A DNA stretch of 64,000 nucleotides, taken from Candidatus Uhrbacteria bacterium (GTDB taxonomy: Bacteria > Patescibacteriota > Patescibacteriia > UBA9934). The notes under the pieces are model-generated. The model saw only the letters and a program-made list of their open reading frames with translations. It had not been told where the DNA came from and searched no databases. Shown here piece after piece: positions 29,350 through 38,745 of the stretch. Within the stretch, counting starts at the first letter, position 1. Each line of letters opens with the position of its first letter. The position numbers and the translations under genes were made by a program. The stretch lies in contig JAUYIW010000067.1 of assembly GCA_030688135.1 (NCBI GenBank), positions 23,982 through 87,981 on the forward strand, given 5' to 3'.

Positions 29350-29497
29350 ATATCGAGACTGTTCTAATACTCTTTTTTCCATCTCGAAGGAGTCTTCGAC
29401 TGAGAGATCTTTCGTGCTTCCTAAGGATTTCTCATCGGCCGGTTCAACGGGCCTTTCCGAAATAGTGAGATTTTAAGTATTAGAACTGTCTCGATAT
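29350..29497 (+). repeat. MITE-like element, family C copy a (about 140 bp with terminal inverted repeats)
   Basis: It begins ATATCGAGACTGTTCTAATACT and ends AGTATTAGAACTGTCTCGATAT. The interior shares CCATCTCGAAGGAG..CGACTGAGAGATC with the tandem repeats at 22.1-22.8 kb. Confidence 0.7.
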
Positions 29498-29544
29498 CTA
29501 TTGACTAAAAATCATTTTTTTGGTATAGTTCCCCCACAATTTAA

Positions 29545-29631
29545 GTCGCGGTGGCGGAACTGGCAGACGCGCAGGACTCAAAATCCTGTGGTGGCAACAC
29601 CGTGAGGGTTCGATTCCCTCCCGCGGCACCA
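29545..29631 (+). tRNA. tRNA-Leu (anticodon CAA)
   Basis: 87-nt class II tRNA. Acceptor GTCGCGG/CCGCGGC. Anticodon stem CAGGA/TCCTG with loop CTCAAAA. Long variable arm. T-arm GAGGG-TTCGATT-CCCTC. Encoded CCA. Confidence 0.8.
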
Positions 29632-29827
29632 TAATTACAAACCGAAGTTTCTAAATTAATGATTGAAGCCAGGGCTATGCAGTTTGAGACTAGTTTAAAT
29701 AATGAGCCAGAACGTTCTAAATTGGATGAAGTTTTGATGCGCTGCGAGCACCGCAAAAAGACGTACTAAATGTACGTCGTTGAGGAGCGGAGCAGTAAAT
29801 CAAAAATTCGCCGATTTAGGACGTTAT

Positions 29828-29904
29828 GGCTGGGTAGCTCAGTCGGTTAGAGCGAAGGACTCATAAGCCTTAGGTCGTGGGTTCGATTCCCACCCCAGCC
29901 ACCA
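29828..29904 (+). tRNA. tRNA-Met (anticodon CAT), elongator-type (or tRNA-Ile2 if lysidinylated)
   Basis: 77 nt. Acceptor GGCTGGG/CCCAGCC. D-arm GCTC-AGTCGGTTA-GAGC. Anticodon loop CTCATAA. T-arm GTGGG-TTCGATT-CCCAC. Encoded CCA. One A-G mismatch closes the anticodon stem. Confidence 0.75.
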
Positions 29905-30034
29905 AAATGACCACTTCGAAAGAAGCGGTCATTTTGTTACAAGCAAGCCAACTGCTTGGCTTGCGAAGTAATCAAGCACACAACCTAAAGGAGATGTGGA
30001 GGAAAGTATTTCCCTCACTTTTCCTAAAAAATAA

Positions 30035-30601
30035 CTATAAAACCAGCCGGCTACGACTCTTCCCACTCGCCTCCCATTCCGCCTTGAATCTTACCTTTTC
30101 TTCTATAGGGATTTTGTTGTTGTATAGATTTAGCACAGTAACTCCATCCGGAATATTCTCAATCTTTGGGATTTGGTTTTTGGATAGATTTAGCCTTGTG
30201 ACTCCTTCTATGCGTTTAAAGAATGGTGGTATCAACTCTATTCCTTCGCCATAAAGATCTAGCTCGGCATTAAGCGAAATAATCTCGCCGTATTCGGTGA
30301 ACTCAAAAAGCTCTTCTACCATTTCTTTGTTTAGGCCAATATCTTCAAAATATGCAGTAACCTCTACGCGCGTTAGTTTTTCTTTTATATTTTCCGCTTC
30401 TACAGCGCGTATTGCTTCCATTTCTTCCTCTGTAAACCGATGTTCCGGAATCGGCTCTTCCGCCTTTTTGGCAGTTTTACCGGACAAACGCCTCATTTCC
30501 GCTTCAGGTCCCAAAACACTACCAATAAAAGCAGCATCGTCAGGGTTTAGCTTCCTAGGTTCCTTAAATGGGTTTTCTAATGATTGTGGCATATACACCA
30601 T
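30035..30601 (-). CDS. small leucine-rich-repeat (LRR) protein
   Basis: The C-terminal half contains tandem LxxLxLxxNxI-type repeats (LNLSKNQIPKIENIPDGVTVLNLYNNKIP). 188 aa. The N-terminal part is acidic. Confidence 0.5.
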   Translation of the reverse strand: MVYMPQSLENPFKEPRKLNPDDAAFIGSVLGPEAEMRRLSGKTAKKAEEPIPEHRFTEEEMEAIRAVEAENIKEKLTRVEVTAYFEDIGLNKEMVEELFEFTEYGEIISLNAELDLYGEGIELIPPFFKRIEGVTRLNLSKNQIPKIENIPDGVTVLNLYNNKIPIEEKVRFKAEWEASGKSRSRLVL

Positions 30602-30846
30602 CTTACCTTATTTTAATACTATTTGTCATTACTACTTACATTGCAATCGTAAAGTAAAAATACTTTGTACTATGGCCTAAAAGCAATATGATCATATTAA
30701 ACAAGATAATTGCAATACTACGCAGAATAGTCTATTAAATGCTCCTTATTGGCGATATCACCTATGTGCGTATACCTAGGTTATATTTTAGATCCATTAA
30801 TAAACCACCCTTTAGCCTACCGCGAATTAGTGTGGTTTCCATTGCG

Positions 30847-30985
30847 CGAGACCGTTCTAATACTTAAAATCTCACCATTTCGAGGAGGTCTATTATATCG
30901 GCCGACGAGAAATCTTTAGAAGGCACGAAAGATCTCTCAGTCGAAGACTCTTTCGAGATGGGAAAAAGGAGTATTAGAACGGTCG
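30847..30985 (-). repeat. MITE-like element, family C copy b (inverted relative to copy a)
   Basis: CGAGACCGTTCTAATACT...AGTATTAGAACGGTCG. The interior is approximately the reverse complement of copy a. Confidence 0.7.
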
Positions 30986-31036
30986 GACTAGGGCGCCTTT
31001 GTTTTTCGATACTTTAGTGCTATACTATTATCAATT

Positions 31037-31498
31037 ATGACCATAACAACTCACACAGCAATCGGTGCGGCAATCGGATTCAGTGTTGGAAATCCTTACC
31101 TTGGATTTGGGCTTGGTCTTATCTCTCATCTACTGGTTGATATGATTCCGCATGGAGATAGTTTGATTGCGGAAGAATTTCGTATACATAAAAAAAGGAA
31201 AAGGGCATTCAGACTTGGTACAACAGACGCGCTATTCGCACTCCTTCTTGCACTATTCATATTCAATCTTCCGCACGTTACATCAACAATGACAGTTTCT
31301 CTAGCAATTGCAGGAAGTATTTTTCCCGACCTTATCGTTGGCCTGCATGACGCAACAAAAAGTAAGTATCTGAAAAGAGCGGTAAAAGTTCATTGGTTTT
31401 TTCATGACTTTTTTATCAAGCGCTATCACGACGTAAAGCTAACTAACAGCTTACTATTGCAGGCTGGGCTCGTGGCCATAATCATGAATATACTGTAA
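31037..31498 (+). CDS. membrane protein, possibly YdjM/DUF457-like metal-dependent hydrolase
   Basis: Multiple TM helices. The His-containing motif LLVDMIPHGD is reminiscent of the YdjM family. This is a weak assignment. Confidence 0.35.
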   Translation: MTITTHTAIGAAIGFSVGNPYLGFGLGLISHLLVDMIPHGDSLIAEEFRIHKKRKRAFRLGTTDALFALLLALFIFNLPHVTSTMTVSLAIAGSIFPDLIVGLHDATKSKYLKRAVKVHWFFHDFFIKRYHDVKLTNSLLLQAGLVAIIMNIL

Positions 31499-31549
31499 AT
31501 AAAAATCGAGATAATGACCTAGTCAAATACTCGATATCGTTTTCAACGG

Positions 31550-32056
31550 TTAAAATAAAATATCTGCGCTCAGGCTTACTGAAGAAACAATAATACCGGC
31601 AACAATGATTCCAAGTAACTCACCTATTAGCGCATAACGAACCGGAACTTTCAGCGCTACCGCTGCAAGCGTTGCAGTCCAAAGACCGGTAAACGGTAAA
31701 GGCAGTGCTGTAAATAGAAAAAGTGCAAGTGCTCCATAACGGGCATATTTTTCTTTTACCCTACCCTCTGCTCTATCGATTGATGAATCAATTAGACGTG
31801 TTAGGGAAGGCAAATACTTTGCAGTAACCCTACGAAGAGAATTTAGTCCGTAATATAGTGGGAAAAATGGTAGAAAATTTCCAATGATTGCGAGCCCAAA
31901 AGCGTTCAATGGATTAATTGTCCAAATATACACGGCAACAGGAATAGCAAGCCTAAGTTCTCCAACAGGCGTAGCCGCAAGTAAGATAGTTGCAAGCCAT
32001 GTTGGGAACTGACCTAAAAAATTTATGATGGTGTCTAACATAATGCCAAATTTCAA
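31550..32056 (-). CDS. hypothetical polytopic membrane protein
   Basis: 168 aa with 4-5 predicted TM helices. No diagnostic motif. Confidence 0.45.
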   Translation of the reverse strand: MKFGIMLDTIINFLGQFPTWLATILLAATPVGELRLAIPVAVYIWTINPLNAFGLAIIGNFLPFFPLYYGLNSLRRVTAKYLPSLTRLIDSSIDRAEGRVKEKYARYGALALFLFTALPLPFTGLWTATLAAVALKVPVRYALIGELLGIIVAGIIVSSVSLSADILF

Positions 32057-32108
32057 AATCCAAATATCAAATATTTTTGATTTGACATTTGAGCTTTGAC
32101 ATTAGTCA

Positions 32109-33089
32109 TTACTCCCCCGGCCACTTGTATACTTTAAACGCCCAACTAGCAAGACCCTTGGCTTCTTGAACTCGAGTGTCCTTTGATTCTGAGCCCATAA
32201 CAATCACATAAATTTTGTCACTGCCTTTTTCTATACTACTCACGAGAACATAGCCTGCTTGTGGCAAATATCCAGTTTTGCCACCCGCTATATCAAACTC
32301 TCCGGTGTTTAGAAAACTTTCTAGTAACAAGTTGGTATTTTCAATTGTAACCGAGCGTCCGCTTAAGTGCTGAACAGTTATAACCGACGTTGTCATAAAC
32401 TTTTGGATTGTCGCCACATCTTCGGCCGCACGAAGCAGCTTTACTAAATCCCAAGCTGTAGACATGTTTGTTGAATCGATTCCGGTCGGATCGGTAAAGG
32501 TCGAATTCTTCATACCCAATTCTTCTGCCTTTGAATTCATCCTTGCAATAAATTCCTCGCGCGTTAACCCTGAAAATCGCATAAGCGCCTCGGTTGCCGT
32601 ATTGTCAGAACCAACAAGGCTTGCAGCAAGAACATCTTCTAATTCTATGCCATCGTAAAATGCAAGATAAACTCTTCCTCCTTCTATCAAATCAAGCGTT
32701 GGATCTAGGGTTACTATCTGGTTCATATCCGGATCAGCTTCTAAAAATACTAAAGCGCTCATCAACTTTGTAACGCTACCGATTGAGCGTACCTGATACG
32801 GATGCTTACCTAGCAATATCATTCCGCTCTCAGCATCGACTACCAACGCGCTCTGTGCCGTTGTTACAATTCCGTATGAATCTGAATCAACCTTTATAGG
32901 ATAATCTTCAGGATGTCTATCCCCTGCTACGGGCAAGCTTACACCATACGCAGAGAGAGTCTCCGTTTCAAAAAAATCTATTGGCTCACCCGCAACCCCT
33001 GCCTGCCATTCAAAATAAGAAGCATCCGCTGGAATAAGCTGAGTAAATACTGTGGCTATAACTAATTGTCCAACAAGTTTTAGAATCAT
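32109..33089 (-). CDS. D-alanyl-D-alanine carboxypeptidase (serine-type, PBP5/DacA-like)
   Basis: SxxK (GSVTKLM), SxN (SDNTATE) and KTG (GKTGY) motifs are present in the correct order, with an N-terminal signal/TM segment. Confidence 0.8.
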   Translation of the reverse strand: MILKLVGQLVIATVFTQLIPADASYFEWQAGVAGEPIDFFETETLSAYGVSLPVAGDRHPEDYPIKVDSDSYGIVTTAQSALVVDAESGMILLGKHPYQVRSIGSVTKLMSALVFLEADPDMNQIVTLDPTLDLIEGGRVYLAFYDGIELEDVLAASLVGSDNTATEALMRFSGLTREEFIARMNSKAEELGMKNSTFTDPTGIDSTNMSTAWDLVKLLRAAEDVATIQKFMTTSVITVQHLSGRSVTIENTNLLLESFLNTGEFDIAGGKTGYLPQAGYVLVSSIEKGSDKIYVIVMGSESKDTRVQEAKGLASWAFKVYKWPGE

Positions 33090-33116
33090 AATGACAAAGG
33101 GTAAGATGTAACAGAA

Positions 33117-33674
33117 TTACTCTTCCGGTGAATCAAAAACTGTACTTAACATTTCTGTGATCTTTTCATTGCCATTGAACTGCTCGTAATCTGGCAAATC
33201 AACAGCAGAAGAAATCCCAAGATGGCGCATCATCTCCGTTGAGAGTGAGTAGGTCATTTGCAAGCGATCGACATCTTCCTTTTCAACAACTAGTCCTCGC
33301 ATAAGAAGATTGCGCAAAATAATACTGCAATTAACTCCACGAACATGTTCAATTTCTGGCCTAGTAATTGGGCCCCTGTAAGCAATAATTGTTAATGTCT
33401 CAAGCTGAGGTCGCGTAAGCTCTCCTTCCATCTCTTCCTTACTCATCTTTGAAGTTACATCTGTGAAATCAGGATTCGAAGCTAACTCCACAGCAGCCTC
33501 GCCAACTACAACTCTAATCCCTGAATCTAATGAATTCCGAACCTCGGCAAGTTGATTGACATGGCCGTGAACATCTTCCTCTTTTATACCTAATAGCTTA
33601 GCAAGCTTTGAATAAGAAACCGGCCTAGTTGATAGGAATAATACTGCTTCAATTTTTGCTGCGAGCTCGTTCAT
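33117..33674 (-). CDS. scpB: segregation and condensation protein B
   Basis: Tandem winged-helix domains (IEAVLFLSTRPVSYSKLAKLLG; ITRPEIEHVRGVNCSIILRNLLMRGLV). It lies downstream of scpA. Confidence 0.85.
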   Translation of the reverse strand: MNELAAKIEAVLFLSTRPVSYSKLAKLLGIKEEDVHGHVNQLAEVRNSLDSGIRVVVGEAAVELASNPDFTDVTSKMSKEEMEGELTRPQLETLTIIAYRGPITRPEIEHVRGVNCSIILRNLLMRGLVVEKEDVDRLQMTYSLSTEMMRHLGISSAVDLPDYEQFNGNEKITEMLSTVFDSPEE

Positions 33675-33715
33675 AAGTGAATACTGGAGTAAATAGGTAG
33701 TAGACGATGATAAAA

Positions 33716-34411
33716 CTATATGCGTTGGATTGTAATCTCACCACCTTTTTGCTTAGCTGTCACAATTTGCCTGCGCATAAGTTCGAGTAGTGCCAAGAAG
33801 CTTACCACAACTTCCGCTTTGTTAGAAGCGCCAACTATGATGTCTTGGAACTTCATACTTGCCCTTGATTGAATCGCTTTTGTAAGCTCGCTCAACCGTT
33901 CCTCAACAGATTTTATTCGTATGATTGATGCTTTCTGAAGCGCAAAGAATGGCTCTAACTTCTTCATTAGCGATTCAAAAGCCGAATGCAAATTGCTAAT
34001 TGTAACATTTTCAGGCGCATTAAAAGTTGGCTCATTTGACCTTACACGAATAAACGGCCTAGCAAATGAGTGACGCTCTCCGGTATATAACTCCTCTAAC
34101 TTTTCAGCAGAACGAACAAACATTCTGTAAAGCCTTAGCTGATCTTCAAGGCTTGCCACTTCGGTATCCTCTTCTTCGATTCTAAGGTATGGCATTAATT
34201 GGCGACTTTTTAGATAGATGAGACGCGATGCAACTACCAAAAAATCAGCAAGCTCGTTAGTGTTAACTTCATTTTCATCGAGATATTTCAAATATTCGTC
34301 TGCAATACCGGCAAGCGCGACGTCTTTAATCTCAAGCTTTTGTGAGTCCAGTAATTCCAAAAGCAACCCTAATGGGCCTGAATAAGCGGTTTGTTCTACT
34401 TTAAATTCCAT
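33716..34411 (-). CDS. scpA: segregation and condensation protein A (kleisin)
   Basis: N-terminal FSGPLGLLLELL-type motif and C-terminal winged-helix motif (VSFLALLELMRR). Confidence 0.85.
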   Translation of the reverse strand: MEFKVEQTAYSGPLGLLLELLDSQKLEIKDVALAGIADEYLKYLDENEVNTNELADFLVVASRLIYLKSRQLMPYLRIEEEDTEVASLEDQLRLYRMFVRSAEKLEELYTGERHSFARPFIRVRSNEPTFNAPENVTISNLHSAFESLMKKLEPFFALQKASIIRIKSVEERLSELTKAIQSRASMKFQDIIVGASNKAEVVVSFLALLELMRRQIVTAKQKGGEITIQRI

Positions 34412-34553
34412 AAAGCTATTTTAGCATATTTTGGTGTTTTTGTGAGGTGTAAAAATCTAGAAAGTGATAGAATTACAAAACGGTAAAATTTGATACAAGA
34501 TTGAAAAGTCGCCCCAATTTACGCTACTCTCATGCCACAATAACTAACGTTCC

Positions 34554-34736
34554 TTGGGGACTTCAATGAACTTTGAAAAAATTTTGTTTAGAATTGCTAT
34601 AGCTCTTTGCGCCGGATTCGTGTTTGGAGTTTTGCCATTTATGATAGCGGATAGCAACTGGCATGTTAGGGATCCGCTCGGACCATTCGAGATGCCAGAT
34701 CCGCTCCCAGAAGTATGCATGCCAGAAACAGTTTAA
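34554..34736 (+). CDS. small hypothetical membrane peptide (60 aa)
   Basis: One hydrophobic helix (IAIALCAGFVFGVLPFMIA). It is the only ORF in a 400-bp gap. Weakly supported. Confidence 0.2.
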   Translation: MGTSMNFEKILFRIAIALCAGFVFGVLPFMIADSNWHVRDPLGPFEMPDPLPEVCMPETV

Positions 34737-34819
34737 CCAATCGTTACGGCGGGTTCGTTTATCCTGGACTGTAGTACCTACAAAAACTCAATCTGGGCAA
34801 ACGGTGAAGTCTGGATTAC

Positions 34820-34948
34820 CTTGAATTACGAAACTCGCGATCTTTGCGTGAACGGGCTGTCGATCCCCGTGAACCCTACTAAAACGTAGGGAGAATGGGG
34901 GCGACGGGCGCCCGTGAACGCAAAGATCGCGAGTTTCGTAATTCAAAA
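34820..34948. repeat. GC-rich structured element, family A copy 2 (has a perfect 29-bp outer stem)
   Basis: CTTGAATTACGAAACTCGCGATCTTTGCG ... CGCAAAGATCGCGAGTTTCGTAATTCAAG encloses the GTGAACGGGCTGTCGATCCCCGTGAACCCTACTAAAACGTAGGGAGAATGGGGGCGACGGGCGCCCGTGAA core. Confidence 0.7.
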
Positions 34949-35074
34949 GGATTAAGACCTTTGGCAATAGGCCATACAACCCACTCAGCCACTACACTAT
35001 GTCCTTCCCCTATCCGAATCTCGTCGCATACCAGACGCTCCCCCGCGTCGGTTTTTTTCTTTCTATTCTAAGTA

Positions 35075-35090
35075 CCCTTCGCACGAAAGG
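35075..35090. repeat. short palindromic repeat CCCTTCGCACGAAAGG(G) followed by TCCTAAGATT
   Basis: Copies occur at 35075, 35387 and (reverse complement) 56089. The first two bracket the ArsR-family gene. Confidence 0.6.
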
Positions 35091-35114
35091 TCCTAAGATT
35101 AGGAGATTTAAAAA

Positions 35115-35375
35115 TCAAATAATCGACAATAACATAGTGCTTACCGGATTCTGAGTACCCCGAACGCTATACACTACGCCAAAGCCGTTTTGCCAACGAT
35201 CAATAATCCCGGCATCATACAAAATACGTAAATGCTTTGAAGTTGAACGATATGACAAGCCAATTTCTCTAGCAATGTCATCCACAAAAATACATGGATT
35301 CATTTTTAAAATCCGCAATAACGAAAGTCTTCTCTGGCTTGCAAAGGCTTTTAAAATTTTCTCAAGTTGTTCCAT
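35115..35375 (-). CDS. ArsR-family winged-helix transcriptional regulator
   Basis: HTH region RRLSLLRILKMNPCIFVDDIAREIGLSYRSTSKHLRILYDAGII. 86 aa. Confidence 0.6.
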   Translation of the reverse strand: MEQLEKILKAFASQRRLSLLRILKMNPCIFVDDIAREIGLSYRSTSKHLRILYDAGIIDRWQNGFGVVYSVRGTQNPVSTMLLSII

Positions 35376-35386
35376 ATCTTTAGTAC

Positions 35387-35401
35387 CCTTCGCACGAAGG
35401 G
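35387..35401. repeat. short palindromic repeat CCCTTCGCACGAAGGG (copy 2)
   Basis: Same motif as at 35075 and 56089. Confidence 0.6.
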
Positions 35402-35633
35402 ACCGATAGAAATTTACAAAAATAAAACCCCATAAAAAACTTGGGGAGTCTTTTCACGTCCATTTAATTTTCGTTTACATTGAATACTTGATCAGAAACA
35501 ATAATCTAATCTACTTCTATGTTTACACAAAATATAACTCATGTCAAAGCCCTCTGGGGACAACTGTCAAAAAAGGTCGGCACATTGCCGACCTTTTATC
35601 AGGCAGGCGACCATAAAGGTCGCCCCTACACTG

Positions 35634-37031
35634 TTACTTATCAATTTTAATATGAACTTCTTTAAGGGTCTTCTCTGGCAACGCACTCGGCGCATCCATC
35701 ATTAAATCCCGAGCGCTTCCGTCTTTAGGGTATGCAATAACTTCACGAATATTTGGCTCCCCTGCCATTATCATTACAATCCTATCGATACCAGGAGCAA
35801 ATCCTCCATGTGGAGGCGCACCGTATTCAAACGCCTCAAGAATATGACCAAATTTTGCCTGTTGCTCAGCTTCACCAATCTCTAAAAGATCAAAAATTCT
35901 TTTCTGCATGTCCCGCTCATGAATTCTAATCGATCCTGAGCTCAACTCAAATCCATTTAAAACTAGGTCGTAAGCATTAGCGCGAATAGAAAATAAATCT
36001 TCACCATTCATGAGTTTTTCTTTGTCTTCCTCTTTTACAGAACAAAATGGATGATGCACTGCGTCTATTTTACCCTCTTCATTTTTCTCAAACATTGGAA
36101 AATCCAGAATCCAGCAAAATGCTAACTCATTTGGATCGTCCTTGTTTTCTCGCAAGTCAGGCTTATCTGTCCCATACTTCTCCATCGCCTCAGCGTGCGT
36201 AAGACGAGTGAATGGATTTGAAGTAAGTGTCTTATCTGGAAATAACTTTTTAACCAGCTCTAGAAACATCTCTTCTGTGTACTCTAAAATATCTTCCTGT
36301 GTAACAAAAGACATTTCATAATCAAGCTGAGTAAATTCAGGCTGTCTATCTCCACGCTGATCTTCATCGCGGAAACATCTTGCAATTTGGAAATATCTTT
36401 CAAATCCAGCCACCATAGAAAGTTGCTTGAACTGCTGAGGCGACTGTGGTAATACGTAAAATTTACCCTCATGAAGCCTGGATGGAACAATGTACTCGCG
36501 CGAACCCTCGGGAGTTCCCTTCATAAGTATTGGAGTCTCAATCTCAACAAATCCATTTGCATGCATGTACTCGCGAAAGAAAGTAATAATCTTGTCTCGC
36601 ATTCTTATATTTCTTTGCATTCGCTCAGTTCGAAGGTCAAGATACCTGTATTTTAGTCTCAACTCCTCGTTTATAGTCATTGTGTCTTTATCGACTTCAA
36701 ATGGTGGAGTCTTAGCCTCGTTTAAAACCTTAATAGACTTTGCCAAAAGCTCAACTGTGCCAGTAGCAAGGTTTGAATTTATTTGCTTTTCTCCACGAGC
36801 CTGAACTATACCTTCAATTTCCACCACCCACTCCGGCCGAAGGGTTTGCGCAATCGACGTTGCTTCTTCCCCAAGATCTGCCGGAACGCCAACAATTTGC
36901 AACAAGCTATCCTTGTCACGAAGGTCAAAAAACATGATCTTTCCCATATCACGTCGCGCATGAATCCATCCGGCTACTTTTACTGTTTCGCCAACTTTGC
37001 TTACAGTTTCTGAAGTAAATATACGTTTCAT
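35634..37031 (-). CDS. aspS: aspartyl-tRNA synthetase (short bacterial-type, lacking the GAD insertion domain)
   Basis: N-terminal OB anticodon-binding domain. Class II motif 2 QIARCFRDEDQRGDRQPEFTQLD is AspRS-specific. Motif 3 GGFAPGIDRIVM is present. At 465 aa it is about 125 aa shorter than typical bacterial AspRS. Confidence 0.85.
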   Translation of the reverse strand: MKRIFTSETVSKVGETVKVAGWIHARRDMGKIMFFDLRDKDSLLQIVGVPADLGEEATSIAQTLRPEWVVEIEGIVQARGEKQINSNLATGTVELLAKSIKVLNEAKTPPFEVDKDTMTINEELRLKYRYLDLRTERMQRNIRMRDKIITFFREYMHANGFVEIETPILMKGTPEGSREYIVPSRLHEGKFYVLPQSPQQFKQLSMVAGFERYFQIARCFRDEDQRGDRQPEFTQLDYEMSFVTQEDILEYTEEMFLELVKKLFPDKTLTSNPFTRLTHAEAMEKYGTDKPDLRENKDDPNELAFCWILDFPMFEKNEEGKIDAVHHPFCSVKEEDKEKLMNGEDLFSIRANAYDLVLNGFELSSGSIRIHERDMQKRIFDLLEIGEAEQQAKFGHILEAFEYGAPPHGGFAPGIDRIVMIMAGEPNIREVIAYPKDGSARDLMMDAPSALPEKTLKEVHIKIDK

Positions 37032-37106
37032 ATTGATTTTATATTGGAACCGGGCCTCTCGGTTCGTTTGATCATGAATACAGTTTACATTGGGTTGGGT
37101 TTGATA

Positions 37107-37928
37107 TCAAGCGGATTGTTCTGTATTCGCCTGTTCTAATTGCCTCTCCTTATCTTCCAACACTCCGGCCCAAAATGGTACATCTGAATCAACTGGGAGA
37201 TGGAAAACCATTAAATCGTGCACTATGCGAGCATATGCGTCTAAATCATCTGCCAATAACGATGGTTTTAGAAGATCGGGATACCCTGCACCGCGCGCAA
37301 AGCGCAATAACTTTACAACCTCTTCTCGAATTGGCCTGGCAGAAAACCATTCCTCCGGCTTTTCGCTCAAACAATCACTACAAACCAAACCACCCTTATC
37401 GGCATGCCAACGAAAGGAAAGAGGCATTACTTTCTGTTTACATTGAATACAATCATTCAACTGAACGTCATAACCCAAGTGACGCATAATCCGCAATGCA
37501 AAACTACCAAGAATGAAAGTAGCACGAACCGGAGTAACGCTAAACTGAGAATCTACAAACTCTAACCAATCAAGAAGTTCGGCATATAAACATGGGTCAT
37601 AATCATGTTCGCGCGTGTGTTTATTAAGAAGCGACAAAGATGTCTGGATTAGCAATCGCTTATCAAGCGATTCTCTAATATTTGCAAAACCTTTTATACG
37701 CTCAACAGAAATAACAGTGGTAGAGCGTTTACCGCGTACGATTTCAATGTCAACGATTGCAAAAGGCTCTAAGTGTGCGGCGAGCTTAGCCTTACCCTTA
37801 CGCGCTCCACGACCAAGAAAACTCACCTTACCGTTGTCGGGGGTGAGTGCTGTGTACATACGGTCAGCTTCTCGAAATGGTTCAGAAGTCAAAACAATCG
37901 CTTCAGTTTTTAGTGTGGACCAGGACAT
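37107..37928 (-). CDS. recO: DNA repair protein RecO
   Basis: N-terminal OB fold (EAIVLTSEPFREADRMYTALTPDNGKVSFLGRGARK). C-terminal Cys4 zinc motif (CIQC...CSDC). Confidence 0.8.
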   Translation of the reverse strand: MSWSTLKTEAIVLTSEPFREADRMYTALTPDNGKVSFLGRGARKGKAKLAAHLEPFAIVDIEIVRGKRSTTVISVERIKGFANIRESLDKRLLIQTSLSLLNKHTREHDYDPCLYAELLDWLEFVDSQFSVTPVRATFILGSFALRIMRHLGYDVQLNDCIQCKQKVMPLSFRWHADKGGLVCSDCLSEKPEEWFSARPIREEVVKLLRFARGAGYPDLLKPSLLADDLDAYARIVHDLMVFHLPVDSDVPFWAGVLEDKERQLEQANTEQSA

Positions 37929-38074
37929 TGGAGGGATTATTCATTACCTTACAGCCCAGTTTATTATCGATCTGCAGGGTTTATTAAAAATACGACCATT
38001 TATTATTGTACTGCCCTTATATTAATAAACATTCGTCTCCTGCGATAACCCTAGATTCTCATTAATAAACTTAT

Positions 38075-38203
38075 CTTGAATTACGAAACTCGATGAGATT
38101 TGCGTGAACGGGCTGTCGATCCCCGTGAACCCTACTAAAACGTAGGGAGAACGAGGGCGACGGGTGCCCGTGAACGCAAAGATCGCGAGTTTCGTAATTC
38201 AAG
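38075..38203. repeat. GC-rich structured element, family A copy 3
   Basis: CTTGAATTACGAAACTCGATGAGATTTGCGTGAACGGGCTGTCGATCCCCGTGAACCCTACTAAAACGTAGGGAGAACGAGGGCGACGGGTGCCCGTGAACGCAAAGATCGCGAGTTTCGTAATTCAAG. Confidence 0.7.
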
Positions 38204-38230
38204 GAAACTTAAGCTTCTTGTAAATAAACT

Positions 38231-38626
38231 CTACTGTGTAGCACGCTTCTCATCAAGAAATCCCTGCAATATCAACATTGCCGCCAGGGCGTCTTCTTCC
38301 ACATCACTTCCCTCCTCTTCCTGTATACGCTGACTTTCTGCAGATGTATAACTTTCATCCACGGAATGCACTACAAGTCCTGCTTCGCGTAAGGCATCTA
38401 TAAAACTCTGTGTAATTTCCAACTGTTCTCCGGAGTAATCGCCGGTAGGAAGCGGAACACCAACAACTAATTCATCCACGCCTTCAAGCTCCATAAACTG
38501 TTTGATGTCTTCAATTGTGTGGGGCGTATTTGCAATAACATCAACAGGTGACGCAATGCCAGTTTCGCTGTCGCCAAGTGCAAGGCCAATTTTTGATAGA
38601 CCGTAGTCTATTCCAAGGTATTTCAT
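38231..38626 (-). CDS. ruvX: Holliday junction resolvase-like protein RuvX (YqgF)
   Basis: MKYLGIDYGLSKIGLALGD N-terminus in the RNase H-like fold. 131 aa. Confidence 0.88.
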   Translation of the reverse strand: MKYLGIDYGLSKIGLALGDSETGIASPVDVIANTPHTIEDIKQFMELEGVDELVVGVPLPTGDYSGEQLEITQSFIDALREAGLVVHSVDESYTSAESQRIQEEEGSDVEEDALAAMLILQGFLDEKRATQ

Positions 38627-38745
38627 AAAACTAAAAGTGAAAAAGGTGAAAAAAGTTATGTAGTAAGCTGAAGAGGTTAGTTAGGATGCGGAAAGGTTAT
38701 TTCGACAAACGCAGGGGTTATACGACAAGCGTAGGAACTGACTGG

